The notes beneath the pieces are model-generated. The model was not told the origin of the DNA and ran no database searches. It was given only the letters and a program-made list of their open reading frames with translations. The translations under genes and the position numbers were made by a program. Shown here in pieces: positions 1 through 11,630 of a stretch of 64,000 nucleotides of DNA; the stretch's first letter is position 1; every line of letters begins with the position of its first letter. The stretch is from Macrostomum lignano (Eukaryota), in the NCBI GenBank assembly GCA_002269645.1, contig NIVC01003225.1, forward strand, positions 1 through 64,000. Reading direction: 5' to 3'.

Positions 1-690
1 GATAGAGGCACTTCATCAAAGCACCTGGGATACAGGAGCTTCATCAAAGCACCTTGGATACAGGAGCTTCATCAAAGCACCTGGGGATACAGGAGCTTCA
101 TCAAAGCACCTGGGGATAGAGGCACTTCATCAAAGCACCTGGGGATACAGAAGCTTCATCAAAGCACCTTGGGATACAGGAGCTTCATCAAAGCACCTGG
201 GGATAGAGCTTCATCAAAGCACCTGGGGATACAGGAGCTTCATCAAAGCACCTGGGGATACAGAAGCTTCATCAAAGCACCTGGGGATACAGGAGCTTCA
301 TCAAAGCACCTGGGATACAGGAGCTTCATCAAAGCACCTGGGATACAGAAGCTTCATCAAAGCACCTGGGGATAGAGGGATTCATCAAAGCCTGGGATAC
401 AGGAGCTTCATCACAGCACCTGGGATAGAGGTGATTCATCACAGCAGCTGGGATAGAGGTGATTCATCAAAGCAGCTGGGGATAGAGGTGATTCATCACA
501 GCAGCTGGGGATAGAGGTGATTCATCAAAGCAGCTGGGGATGGAGGTGATTCATCAAAGCAGCTGGGGATAGAGGTGATTCATCAAAGCAGCTGGGGATA
601 GAGGTGATTCATCACAGCAGCTAGGGATATAGGTGATTCATCAAAGCAGCTGGGGATAGCGGCGCTGCATCAAAAAGCACCTGGGATGGA
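1..690. repeat. 28-29 bp minisatellite in a RUNDC1 intron
   Basis: Tandem GGGGATACAGGAGCTTCATCAAAGCACCT units, shifting to GGGGATAGAGGTGATTCATCAAAGCAGCT after about 400. Confidence 0.95.
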
Positions 691-738
691 CTCTTATACG
701 GATTCTGTTCTGCATCACATTTACAGTGAATCACTCAC

Positions 739-1330
739 CAGTCTTAGCCGTATAAGACCAAGCAGTCCACCAGTTATCTAAGAAGAACGTATTGAGCACA
801 ATTAGCCTCAACCAGGGCACCAATTTGCCCCGATTCAAAGCCAAACTAACAAGGCTTTGAACCTGGGATCCCCGCCTCGGCGCCCACTCTTCGTGCAGGC
901 TGTTCACGTGATGAATAGCTGACAGCAGTTCCTCCTTAACTGTCACAGCCCGACTGCCAACCATGCTGAGAGAGAACGACTCGGATAGTTTCCTAGCCGG
1001 CGAGTCTGTGTACTCCTGACCGCCCTTCATCCGGAACCATTCGGCGAATAGAGACCAGACTTGGTCGGCGATATCTGAGCCGCCGGCGGAGGCTGCAGCG
1101 GATGAAGAAGCGGCGGCGACTCCAGAGCCGGCAGCTGGCCGGGGCACCAGCGGGCGCCTGCGGACGGAGAAGCAGCCGAGCAGGGACACCAGGCCGGACT
1201 GGCCGGAACCGCCGACGCCGCCGCCGATGCCGCTGCCAGACGGCAAAGCCAGGCCGTGCAGCAGAAGGTCCCGCAGCGCGGGCAGAGTTCTTTGCGCACC
1301 GCTAGGAGCACCTCTTCACTTGTTATGTAC
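739..1330 (-). CDS. RUNDC1: RUN domain-containing protein 1, coding exon 3 (RUN domain); apparent 1-nt frameshift near 1281
   Basis: Acceptor TTTGCCAG at 1331-1332 and donor GTGAGT at 738. Reads YITSEEVLLAVRKELCP(A)LRDLLLHGL...LALNRGKLVPWLRLIV, matching the RUNDC1 VRKEL..A.RDLL.HGL motif once one C is restored in the CCC run at 1280-1282. Confidence 0.9.
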
Positions 1331-1410
1331 CTGGCAAAGTGGCAAAATCAAGCTATCAAATTACCTGAACATCTTAGCGTCTATCAGTGCGTTCGTTTAG
1401 GGGCCAGAAA

Positions 1411-2283
1411 AATATTGAGCTTCAGGTGAGATTCTAGTGTCATATTGAGCCTTCAGGTGAGATTCTAGTGCCATATTGAGCCCTTCAGGTGAGATTCTAG
1501 TGCCATATTGAGCCCTTCAGGTGAGATTCTAGTGCCATATTGAGCCCTTCAGGTGAGATTCTAGTGCCATATTGAGCCCTTCAGGTGAGATTCTAGTGCC
1601 ATATTGAGCCCTTCAGGTGAGATTCTAGTGCCATATTGAGCCTTCAGGTGAGATTCTAGTGCCATATTGAGCTTCGGGTGAAATTCTAGTGCATATTGAG
1701 CCCTTCAGGTGAGATTCTAGTGCCATATTGAGCATTCGGGTGAATCTAGCCATATTGAGCCCTTCAGGTGAGATTCTAGTGCATTCGGGTGAAATCTAGT
1801 GCCATATTGAGCCCTTCAGGTGAGATTCTAGTGCCATATTGAGCAATTCGGGTGAAATCTAGTGCCATATTGAGCCCTTCAGGTGAGATTCTAGTGCCAT
1901 TCGGGTGAAATCTAGTGCCATATTGAGCCCTTCAGGTGAGATTCTAGTGCCATATTGAGCAATTCGGGTGAAATCTAGTGCCATATTGAGCCCTTCAGGT
2001 GAGATTCTAGTGCCATTCGGGTGAAATCTAGTGCCATATTGAGCCCTTCAGGTGAGATTCTAGTGCCATATTGAGCAATTCGGGTGAAATCTAGTGCCAT
2101 ATTGAGCCCTTCAGGTGAGATTCTAGTGCCATATTCGGGTGAAATCTAGTGCCATATTGAGCCCTTCAGGTGAGATTCTAGTGCCATATTGAGCAATTCG
2201 GGTGAAATCTAGTGCCATATTGAGCCATTCGGCGAGATTCTAGTGCCATATTGAGCAATTCGGGTGAAATCTAGTGCCATATT
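1411..2283. repeat. 32 bp minisatellite with higher-order variants (intronic)
   Basis: GAGCCCTTCAGGTGAGATTCTAGTGCCATATT repeats, alternating with GAGCAATTCGGGTGAAATCTAGTGCCATATT in the right half. Confidence 0.95.
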
Positions 2284-2394
2284 CTAGGCATCTGCCAGAA
2301 AAACTTGATGGCATTAAGCATCGCAGTTGCAACGCCAAGATTCTATACAAATTAAAATTCCCCAAAGCCAGTCAGACTCGTCATAAAAACTTAC

Positions 2395-2752
2395 AGGTCC
2401 TCGTGCTCGGCTGATCGCGACTCCTCAGCCACTTCAACCACTTTAGTGACGGCCACTTCCAACCGGGCTCGCAGGTCGCCAAAATGCCTGGCAGCTGCAC
2501 CGTCGCCGCTCTTCATCTGGTTGCTGCCGGATGGGCCGAAGTCGCGGCCCTGCTGCAGCTGGCCGCCGCAGCCCAGCTGAGAGACCGCCACCATCTGCAG
2601 CAGGGCGATGGCCCGGCGCATCATCTGGACAGTGACAGCGTGGAGTCGCGCTCGGGACTGACGCCGCTCAGAGTCGGAAGGTCCGGTGAGCCGTCCGGAC
2701 TGCCACCATTGGCCGAGTGGTCTTTTTGCTGGCCAAGATTCGCTTTCTTTAG
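2395..2752 (-). CDS. RUNDC1: RUNDC1 coding exon 2
   Basis: Acceptor CCGCAG at 2753-2754, donor GTAAGT at 2394. Phases fit both neighbouring exons (G+CT=Ala, CT+G=Leu). RRAIALLQMVAVSQLGC...LRARLEVAV matches the RUNDC1 ALAVLQIFAVSQFGC...RLEVSV segment. Confidence 0.92.
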
Positions 2753-3070
2753 CTGCGGCGGTTAAAATCAATTTAAAAGTACAAAGCATGAAAACGATGT
2801 CATATCGGATGTCACGTAATGCGTTAACATTAACTTTTTAAGATTTTTAGCACTAAATTTTCTTCCATACTTTAGTCTCAAAAGTTTATCAAGTTATGAA
2901 ACTTCAGCTGTTCCTATCGCTTTGGTGCATTTTTTGTCAAGACGGATTTTTATCCACCGATTTTGTCTATGGTGAAACCCCCATATAACTATGTAAAAGT
3001 ATCAAACGTTTGGAAAACAGAACTGTATCATGAGCGTTGCCGCCTTCCAAGTAGAGTTTGTCTTTCTATT

Positions 3071-3305
3071 TGATCTAGTGATCTAGACAACATGATCTAG
3101 TGATCTAGACATGATCTAATGATCTAGACAACATGATCTAGTGATCTAGACATGATCTAATGATCTAGACAACATGATCTAGTGATCTAGACATGATCTA
3201 ATGATCTAGACAACATGATCTAGTGATCTAGACATGATCTAATGATCTAGACAACATGATCTAGTGATCTAGACATGATCTAATGATCTAGACAACATGA
3301 TCTAG
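3071..3305. repeat. 41 bp tandem repeat built from GATCTA(G) subunits
   Basis: ACAACATGATCTAGTGATCTAGACATGATCTAATGATCTAG, about 5.5 copies, period 41 (3087, 3128...). Confidence 0.9.
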
Positions 3306-3675
3306 GGGGTGGTAGCCTAGTTGTCTAGCGCAGCGCTCTGATGTGCCAGCGACCCAGGCTCGATTCCAAGTGCAGTCAAATTAATTTGGGGCTAAATTGG
3401 AATCTCGGCTTGGCTCTGCTCGTGCAATTAACGCTCAGCTTGAGGGCCAACCCCCAAGGCACAGTGAAGTGTACATGCTTAGCGATAAATAAAATTAGGG
3501 CTGCTGTATCTCCTGTGTGAGTGCGTGCCTATGCGTATGACTGCGTACGTATCCGCGCACACTTGTGTGCCTGCTCAGGGGAGTCGGCGGAATGGGCAGC
3601 AATGCCTCTCGCCCGTGGCAGTAATTTCGCTTAAAATGCGCCAGGGTGCACAGAGCCCCCTGACTCTAACAAAAA
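3305..3675 (+). mobile_element. tRNA-derived SINE
   Basis: A-box-like TAGCCTAGTTG and B-box-like GGCTCGATTCC at Pol III spacing, followed by a non-tRNA body. Confidence 0.6.
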
Positions 3676-5531
3676 GGATATAGACACCCATTTTGTGGAT
3701 TTTTAACCTTGTGGATAGACTAAATGCCTCAAAAAAGCCTGGCTGCCTCAAAACAGCATTTTATGACTAATTATTTAACTAAGCATATTAGAAAGTCTGT
3801 TTAAGCTGCTATGGTTGTAAGCAAAAAGTACAATAGGAAGGGCAAAATTTTGGAATATATATTATGAAGTACTTTGCATCGAGAGAAATTAACCTTGGCG
3901 AACAAAGAAAGTGAACTGACTCTGACTGGCTCAGAGTAATTTTTTTACTTTTCCTTTCTAGCTTTACAAAAAAATCAACCGGACATGCAGCCGCTGCTGC
4001 TACTCTCTAACAGACAACTCGCCAAATTGTGAAGTGGACATTCAATCGGGAATCTGGCTAAGCATATAGCAATCAGAGGATAAGAAGAGAAGAGTGAGTG
4101 GGCGGATTTTTTGGGGGTTGGGGGGGGGTGGAGTGAAGACTAAAATGGGGAAATCTGCCTTCCCTGAAAAAGCACACGCAATGCACACACACAAGAATCA
4201 CTGTAGCAGTTGCTGTGCTAAATTATTTTCGATTGAAGCATTTTCTCAGAAAATTTGTTCCCCTGTGCCTCTGGAAATTCTTATAAAGTTCATATATACG
4301 GTTTCTAATGCACGTATGGAAGCAAGCAAGAAAAGTACATAAATAACAGTATTAATAGCGAATTTAAATTAACTGTTATTAAAACATGGTTAAAAATGCA
4401 ACTATAACAATTAATAACACAAGTTAATTAATTAAATAATTAATTATGGTGTAATTCAGTTTACTTCAGTATCTGTCTGTGGAATATCCATTGACGAGCG
4501 GTCGCACCAGAAGAACTGGGTGACATTATTTTGTCAAATTAATTTTGTATTAGAACTACTGCAATTCAGATTAATTAGCTAACTCTAAAAAACAAATTCT
4601 ACTAGCAGCTCATTTGACAACAATTCAGGCGAGGAATTTAAAATAAAGTGCAATAAACAATAATACAGACAATGTAATCAATTTAAATCTGGTTTTCAGA
4701 TTCAATACACGTTGGATTATAAAGTTTTTTTTAGTATTACTATTAATAAGACAACATCGTTAACAGCATATTCAGGTGTTACCTTGGCTGGCCTGTGCTC
4801 GGGGCACAGGCACACAGAGTTCGGATTCTGTGCTCGAGTGCACGGAAATACCGTATTTTCGCCTGGCAACAAAGCAATACACAGAATTATTTCGGGTTAT
4901 TCGAGAGTCGATACCTCAAATAAAAAGTTATAAATTATTAATAAATTACTTAGAACTCTTGTGCACCACTAACTTCGATAAAAATCAATCGAGAACAAAA
5001 GTACAATTACCCGAAGAAGCACACCAGCATAGAAAATTCTTGAACACCATCATCAACTCCGTTTTCAAATGCATAGTTATACTTTACCTTATCGTGACAC
5101 TTGCAGGAGCAGGATTCGCCAATATCGTACACACACGTGATTTCCTCTAACAAGTTTTAAGAAGTCAATTAGCTTTGTTTAAATCGAATGAAAAGTCGCG
5201 CCGATTTAAATGCTTATTATTCTAAGAATATGATAATATGTATATAATCACTACCCATAACTTCTTGACTTGTACTGATCGTCTAATGGGGTATTGTTCG
5301 TATCCCAATGATCAGGAGGAATTACTCAGATGCCAAGGCTCATGGGGTATTGCAAAGACATACGAATACGAGTAATGGTGATGCAGACATAATCAAATTT
5401 AATCGAATGACACTTTTTGTCTTGGAAACAACAATTACTGGCAAGAAAAAATCATTTTAAGTTTTGTTAGAAAAACTAAGAAACGCAAGCATTGTTTTTC
5501 AAGACACAAAGGGTCGCATGCGTGTACCCTT

Positions 5532-5675
5532 AATGGCACCAATTTTACAGCTTGTGTGAACTGAAGCAATTCAGAGTTAAGTGTCTTGCTCAAAGACCCA
5601 ATTGTTCCAGTGGAATCGGGAATCGAACCCCCGACCTTCAAGTCGTGAGTCCGACGCTCTAACCACTAGGCTACA
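5532..5675 (-). mobile_element. tRNA-derived SINE with CORE-like domain (same family as 35610)
   Basis: Reverse complement reads TGTAGCCTAGTGGTTAGAGCGTCGGACTCACGACTTGAAGGTCGGGGGTTCGATTCC...GACACTTAACTCTG...CTTCAGTTCACACAAGCTGTAAAAT. Confidence 0.8.
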
Positions 5676-5957
5676 ACCCCTCCACTAGGTTACAACCCCT
5701 CCACTACACTAGACTACAACCCCTACACTAGGCTACAACCCCTCCACTACACTAGACTAAAACCCCTACACTAGGCTACAACCCCTCCACTACACTAGAC
5801 TACAACCCCTACACTAGGCTACAACCCTTCCACTACACTAGACTACAACCCCTACACTAGGCTACAACCCCTCCATTACACTAGACTACAACCCCTCCAC
5901 TACACTAGGATACAACCCCCCACTAGGCTACAACCCCCTCCACTAGGCTACAACCAC
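5662..5957. repeat. Minisatellite derived from the SINE 5' end (A box)
   Basis: Repeated CCACTAGGCTACAACCCCT / CACTAGACTACAACCCCT, contiguous with the SINE head. Confidence 0.85.
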
Positions 5958-6048
5958 TTGTGAGTTATACATAAGCAATAACTGCAATTACTGAAACACA
6001 AAATCAATAAACAAGCCAATATATAAAACAAATAGAAAGCTCACTCAC

Positions 6049-6880
6049 CTTGCAAAAAATCAATAAACCTCTCCAGATCAGTGATTTGAGTCTTCAATTG
6101 CTCAACTAGCTGCTCTTTGACCTTAGCCGGGTGTACAATCTGCGTTACTGCGCTATCCAACGCTTGCTTCACCTCATCCGCTGACAACTGCTTGTCAGTC
6201 GGCACTTCAACGTGCAGCTGGGAGCGCAGCGTCTCCATGACAACCCGATGCTGCTCGAGCTGCTGCAAAGTCGGCGGTCCATCGTATTGGCCCGTGTCGC
6301 AGGCGAATTTCTCCAGCTCATCCAGCTGAGAGCGCAGCTGACTGATGAGCTGCTGGCTGGGATCGCGCTGCGCCCCACTAGGCAGCGAGCGAAGGTCCGG
6401 TACACCGCGTGAGCTGAACTCCTCCAACTGACGGAGCATCGCTTCGCGCTCCTCAGGCGGCGCGTCCAGCACCTGGGTGAGACGGAACTGCACCTGGGCA
6501 AAGTGAGAAGTCAGCGACATCAACGAGTTGGTGAGCTGCTCCTGCTCTTCGCGCAGGTTGCGCAGCTGGTCGCCGCTGTCCGAGGAGCAGGCGGCGGCGG
6601 TCACAACAGCGTCGGGGTTCGATGCGCCCAGCGGGGCCCAGCGCTCCAGCGGAGGCTCATCATCATCATCATCATCCTCATCATCATCGCCATCGTCTAC
6701 GTCAGCAGCCGGCTGGTGAAAATACTTAACGCCGTTATTTCCAATCTTGTACTCATCTTCATTGCCTGGCTTTGCTGGCGAACCCTTTTTAGCAGTGAAA
6801 CTTGCTTCACCGCTGTCAAGGTCTGCAGCTGTTGCTGCGGCCGCTGCAGGCTGGACACCAGAATTTAAGAGTTCCGTCAT
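6049..6880 (-). CDS. RUNDC1: RUNDC1 coding exon 1
   Basis: ATG at 6880 and donor GTGAGT at 6048. ERWAPLGA, LMSLTSHFAQVQFRLTQV and EQLVEQLKTQITDLERFIDFLQ are characteristic RUNDC1 N-terminal motifs. Confidence 0.95.
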
Positions 6881-8195
6881 GCTTTGCTAATTTAAAGACC
6901 ACTTTGTTTATCTTTTGCTTCTGCCTGACTTCTGACAGGTGGTCAGAGATAGATACAGATCATAATAGTGCATTAAACAGGTAGGGTATTGCATACTGTG
7001 ACTAAACAGCGATTGTAGATAAATTTTTTAAAGCTTAATAAATTTTACATACTATACTTATTTATAATTCAGAAGTTCAGAATATACTTATATATTAAGC
7101 TTAAGGTAATGCCTGTCTCTTAGATACAATGGAACTTGGAAGCTTGTTCTCATTTATTCAAAAAAGTAGAAAGCCAGATTATTTACTCAATATCATTAAT
7201 AGGCAGGCCAAACATAAATTCAGTCAATTTTTATTATTTGCTATTAATATACATTTTTCTAATATTGTCTTCTCAACTACTATAGCTATAGATATGTCTA
7301 TAGGAAATTATGGATATGGAGGTTTTTAGATAGAGCATATAGATATAGATATGGTCCCAGGAGCACATAGTTCCCATATCTAGGCCACATGATAACTTAG
7401 AAGACTTGAAACTTTGAAATACTATTAGAGAAATTAATTTGATTGGTGGGGTAGAGTAGTAGAAAATGTTTAGAACTAAATGAATATTGCCAGTTTCAAA
7501 GCTTTTGTGAGGTGACTTTCTGAGTCTCTGGTTGTTGAGATCTCAAGCAAGAAAAAGGAGGAGAAAGAGAAGAGGGGAGAGGGGAAAAAGGAGAGGAGAG
7601 GAAAGAGGGGAGAAGGAAAAGAAGAAAGAAAGGACAAGAGAAGAGGAAAAAGGGGAGAGAAAAGACAGAGAAAAGATCGAAAAGAGAAAACAGATAATAA
7701 ATCATAAATCTATATTATCATAATCTAATAGTTATATACCATAAACCTACTATGCATGCATTAAAAAGGTTATGTTTAGTATATGCACTTATATACTTAT
7801 ATGTATTGATATTAAGTGGCATAAACTAGGCCTATTATTAAAAAGAAAAGATTGCCAACTGGGTATTACTAGTTGCTTTATAAAGCAACAAGCACAAGCA
7901 TAGTCAATAATAAGATACTCTAAAAACCATTCCATTATATAATATATACCAAAAATATAAATGCATAAGGCAAAATTTTAAATTTATAAGTGTACAAGTC
8001 TTAAATCATAATTATTTTATATTTGGGCTTATATAAAAAGAAATTTGATAAATTTTTATCATTTCTCTTATATATGACTTATGTATTTTTTCTATGACTA
8101 TAATAAAGTTTTTTTTTAAATAAAAAAGGTTTTTATAAAAAAAATTGGCAAGATTAAAAATTCTTAATAATATACATTTTGTTTCAATTTATATA

Positions 8196-9540
8196 CTTTG
8201 GGTATGTCATAAGTAATGTCACTGTGGTTGTTGTGCAGAAACCCAAAGCCATAAGTATCCAAATATATTATATTCTGAAAGTAAATTTATTGAGAAGTTG
8301 CCACCACACCGGAGCAGCAATTTTGATGTCTATGGCCAAAACTGTTGCAAGAATTTGTTAATCAGATTTAGCTAGCACAATGCAATGAAAACTTCTTTTT
8401 GCAGCAAGCAAACCTCAACATGAATCACAACAAGATGCATATCCAGTTCTACACTTTTGCTTGCTTTAAGCTTGGAAAATCTGCAGCAGAAATAGAGGAG
8501 GATCTCTGGACCACAATGCCAGACAACTACCCAACTTGCAGGACAATTTACAGGTGGTTTCAGAACTTTACTGATCCTGGGTTTGAATTGGGAGATGCTG
8601 CCAGATCTGGCCAACCATGTTCAACCAGGACAATAGAGAACATCAAAGTCATTAGTGACCTGGTCAAGGAAGACCCGCAACAGTCTATTAGGGAGCTAGC
8701 GGACTGCTTGGAGATTGATTTCAAGATAGTCCATTGTATCTTGACAGAGGATCTCCATCTCCAAAACATCTGCTTGGTCTGGGTGCCCTATGACCTCACT
8801 GTGGACCAACATCAGGCCCATGTGAACTGCACCAAGCAGATCTGCAAGGTGTTTAGCAGCCAGGACTTGGATGACATCCTAAACTGCCTAGTTGTTGAGG
8901 ATAAGACCTGGCTTAATCTAGATGGCAAAAGCAGCAAGGCAGACAATTGCTACTGGCTAGGAGCTGATAAGTTCAGGCTGACAGTGACCAGGAGGTCTAT
9001 CTCAGACAAGAAGACAATACTGCTGGTGCCAAACAAACGAGTCTCCATCTGTACAACTCCGCCCAACACCAAGGTTGATGGCTAGTACTTCATCGACTTT
9101 GTCTGACACACTAGGGACCTCTGGTGCATGCTCCAGTCAAACCCAATTCATTTGAACAAAGTGCTGTGGCAGATGGACAATGCATGGCTGTACACCTATC
9201 AGGCTGTTTCAGAATTTCTAGCTAGATGGTGAGTGAATCTATCTGGCAGAGTACCTACAGCCGAGACTTCAACTTGTGCGACAGGTTCTTATTCAAGTGG
9301 CTGAAGGCTGACTTTTCCCAAAGAAGTTTTGCAAACCATAAGGAGGTCAAAAAAGCCACATTGCACTGGTTCCAACAGCTGGAGGAAAAACACCTATAGG
9401 CTAAGGTGGAGAAGCATTGCCAGAGGGTGATTGATATTGGGGGACACTATGTTGTTGATTGATACAGTTTTGTTTATCTGCAATTGTTATTGTTAGTTGG
9501 TCTGTTCCCCTTAGTGACATTACTTATGACATACCCAAAG
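8196..9540 (+). mobile_element. Tc1/mariner transposon, full length (1345 bp), defective
   Basis: Perfect 28 bp TIRs CTTTGGGTATGTCATAAGTAATGTCACT (8196-8223 and 9513-9540), flanked by TA on both sides. Confidence 0.95.
8420..9462 (+). pseudogene. Mariner transposase pseudogene
   Basis: HTH region (TIYRWFQNF, RSGQP), WVPYDL, degenerate VVEDKTW, MDNA and YSRDF motifs; stops and frameshifts after 9085. Confidence 0.9.
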
Positions 9541-11360
9541 TAAATGGTAATGTATATAATGTGATTTAAAGATTTTCATTTGCTAAATTTAACATTTAAT
9601 ATATTTTTATGAATCATGCATGATGGAACTAATATTAATAATAGAAATGGTAAAATACACTATCACAAAACTAATGTTTTAGCAAATTCAAAAAAGTATA
9701 CAAAAGCAACAAAGTTAAAAGCAAAAAAGAGATAAAATTAACAAACAGATAGAATAGAGACAAGGGTGGCTAGACAGTTTCATTGTATATAGCATAATAT
9801 CAAAGCCCAGAGGCTAGAGGCAGTCTTCCCAATATACTGAATACCATATATGGTCATTTTTTGAGGAGCCGCTACATTGTCACACTTTGCTATTTCTGAA
9901 TTAAAATTGCACAGCTGCTTTACGCATGTCTTTACTTTAAAAAGACACATTAGACACACACAAAGATGCTTCAAAAGCTGAGATATTCCCAAGCAATGGT
10001 TGTTACAACATTTTCTAAATATACTGAATGCTATTTGATGTTGCTGTTTGAATCATATAACCATTTTTTCAGAAACTGTGCTCTTTCTGTGTGAAAATTG
10101 CACTGCTGCTTTATGCATGCCTTGTTGTAAAAAGACACATTAAAGACCAAAAAGACACTTCACAAGCTGAGGTATTCTTTAGCAACTAATACCTCTGTGG
10201 AAGGGGCCTATACACTCGTAATTTATAAAGCTTAGAGAGTTCCAAAATTTTGATTTTATTTTCCAAAATTGAATTTTTAGAGAGCAAATTTCAATTTAAA
10301 AAAAATAGAAGTCAAAATTTTGAAGTGTCTAAAAAAGTCACTAAAAATAAACTAATTTCTGCTACATATATATGTAGCTCGTATTTCGTTTTGCATAAGC
10401 AGTAAATTGAAAGTAAAAAAGTGAGTGTTGGTCATACTAAACTTTGTTTTTCTGAATTTTGATTTCGACAAAACAGAACATCTCTAATAATCCTAAAGAG
10501 TGGTAAAATATTTTGACTCTTTTCTAAAATGCACATCCACAGGTTTTCAACATTTATTCCAATAGGGGTAACAACTGTTGCTAGGGAATATCTCAGCTTG
10601 TGGAGCATCTTTGTGTGTGTCTGATGTGTCTTTCTAAAGCAGAGACATGCATAAAAAAGTCTAAAAATTACATTGTCTTGCATATTAAATAGACAATTTT
10701 GTTAAACATTTACTGAACAATTTCTGAATGTCTATCTGAATGTCTGTCGGGAAACCAATACATAAAGGTCATTTATTGTTGCAATACCATCCTAAATTTA
10801 GGATTGTGGGTATATACTTGAAATTCTTTGGCATGAATTTATAACTATTCCATTTTTGTTCAGGCATATACCCAGCATGATCTGGACTATGGCATTACAA
10901 GTATAGGCCAAGTTAGATACAACTTTAAAAACTTGCAATAGGCCTATTCTTATCAATCTTGTCAATTAAAACATACCATTCAATCATTAATTATATGCAT
11001 ATAATGAAAAAAATTATCTTTCATATCTTCTCTGCCACTGCTATTTTTTATTTTAGGAAATTGGTTGTCAAAAAATTACACAATCTCAAGATACTGATAG
11101 TTTAGATAGTCAAATATATAGAGAGCATTCGCCACCCACAGGCCTTGGTCTATGATGTTTCACACCTGCTTCCTTTCTCCTAAGCAGGCATGGCTGGAGA
11201 TCTCCATGCTGCACTACTAGCCAACCCAGGGATACACACCCTGTGGGTGTTCAAGGTGAACCCTAGGGCCACTGGACAAATTGGGCAATAGTGCCAGTCA
11301 TTCTTCTGGGGCTTTGGCCTTGGCCAAGCCACTTAGGGTATGGGTTTTCCTAGTGCGCTT

Positions 11361-11630
11361 ACCTGTGCACTATCAGGTGCCTCTGGCTACGGCTTTGAGG
11401 TAGAGGTGTTACTCTTTGACCTTACAGGGTATGCACCCAGTCTGCAGGTTTGTATACCTATGCGCTATCAGGTGCCTCTGGCTACAGCTTTGTGGTAGAG
11501 GTGTTACCCTTTGACCTTATAGGGTATGTGGCCAGTTCGCAGTTTTGGGTACCTGTGTGCTATCAGGTGCCTTTGGCTATGGCTTTGAGGTAGAGGTGTT
11601 GACCATAAAGGGTATGCGGCCAGTCCACAG
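11361..11630 (+). repeat. Three 95 bp tandem monomers in the LINE 5' region
   Basis: ACCTGTGCACTATCAGGTGCCTCTGGCTACGGCTTTGAGGTAGAGGTGTT... units start at 11361, 11456 and 11551. Confidence 0.85.

Noticed and set aside
169-375. 68 aa ORF
   Set aside because: Translation of the 29 bp minisatellite.
3305-3380. tRNA gene (also at 5600-5675, 35610-35670 and 53165-53225)
   Set aside because: A and B boxes are present but the acceptor and anticodon stems do not pair, and SINE bodies or other repeats follow.
4776-5150. 124 aa intronic ORF
   Set aside because: No recognisable motif, weak start, AT-rich composition; likely chance or a decayed TE.
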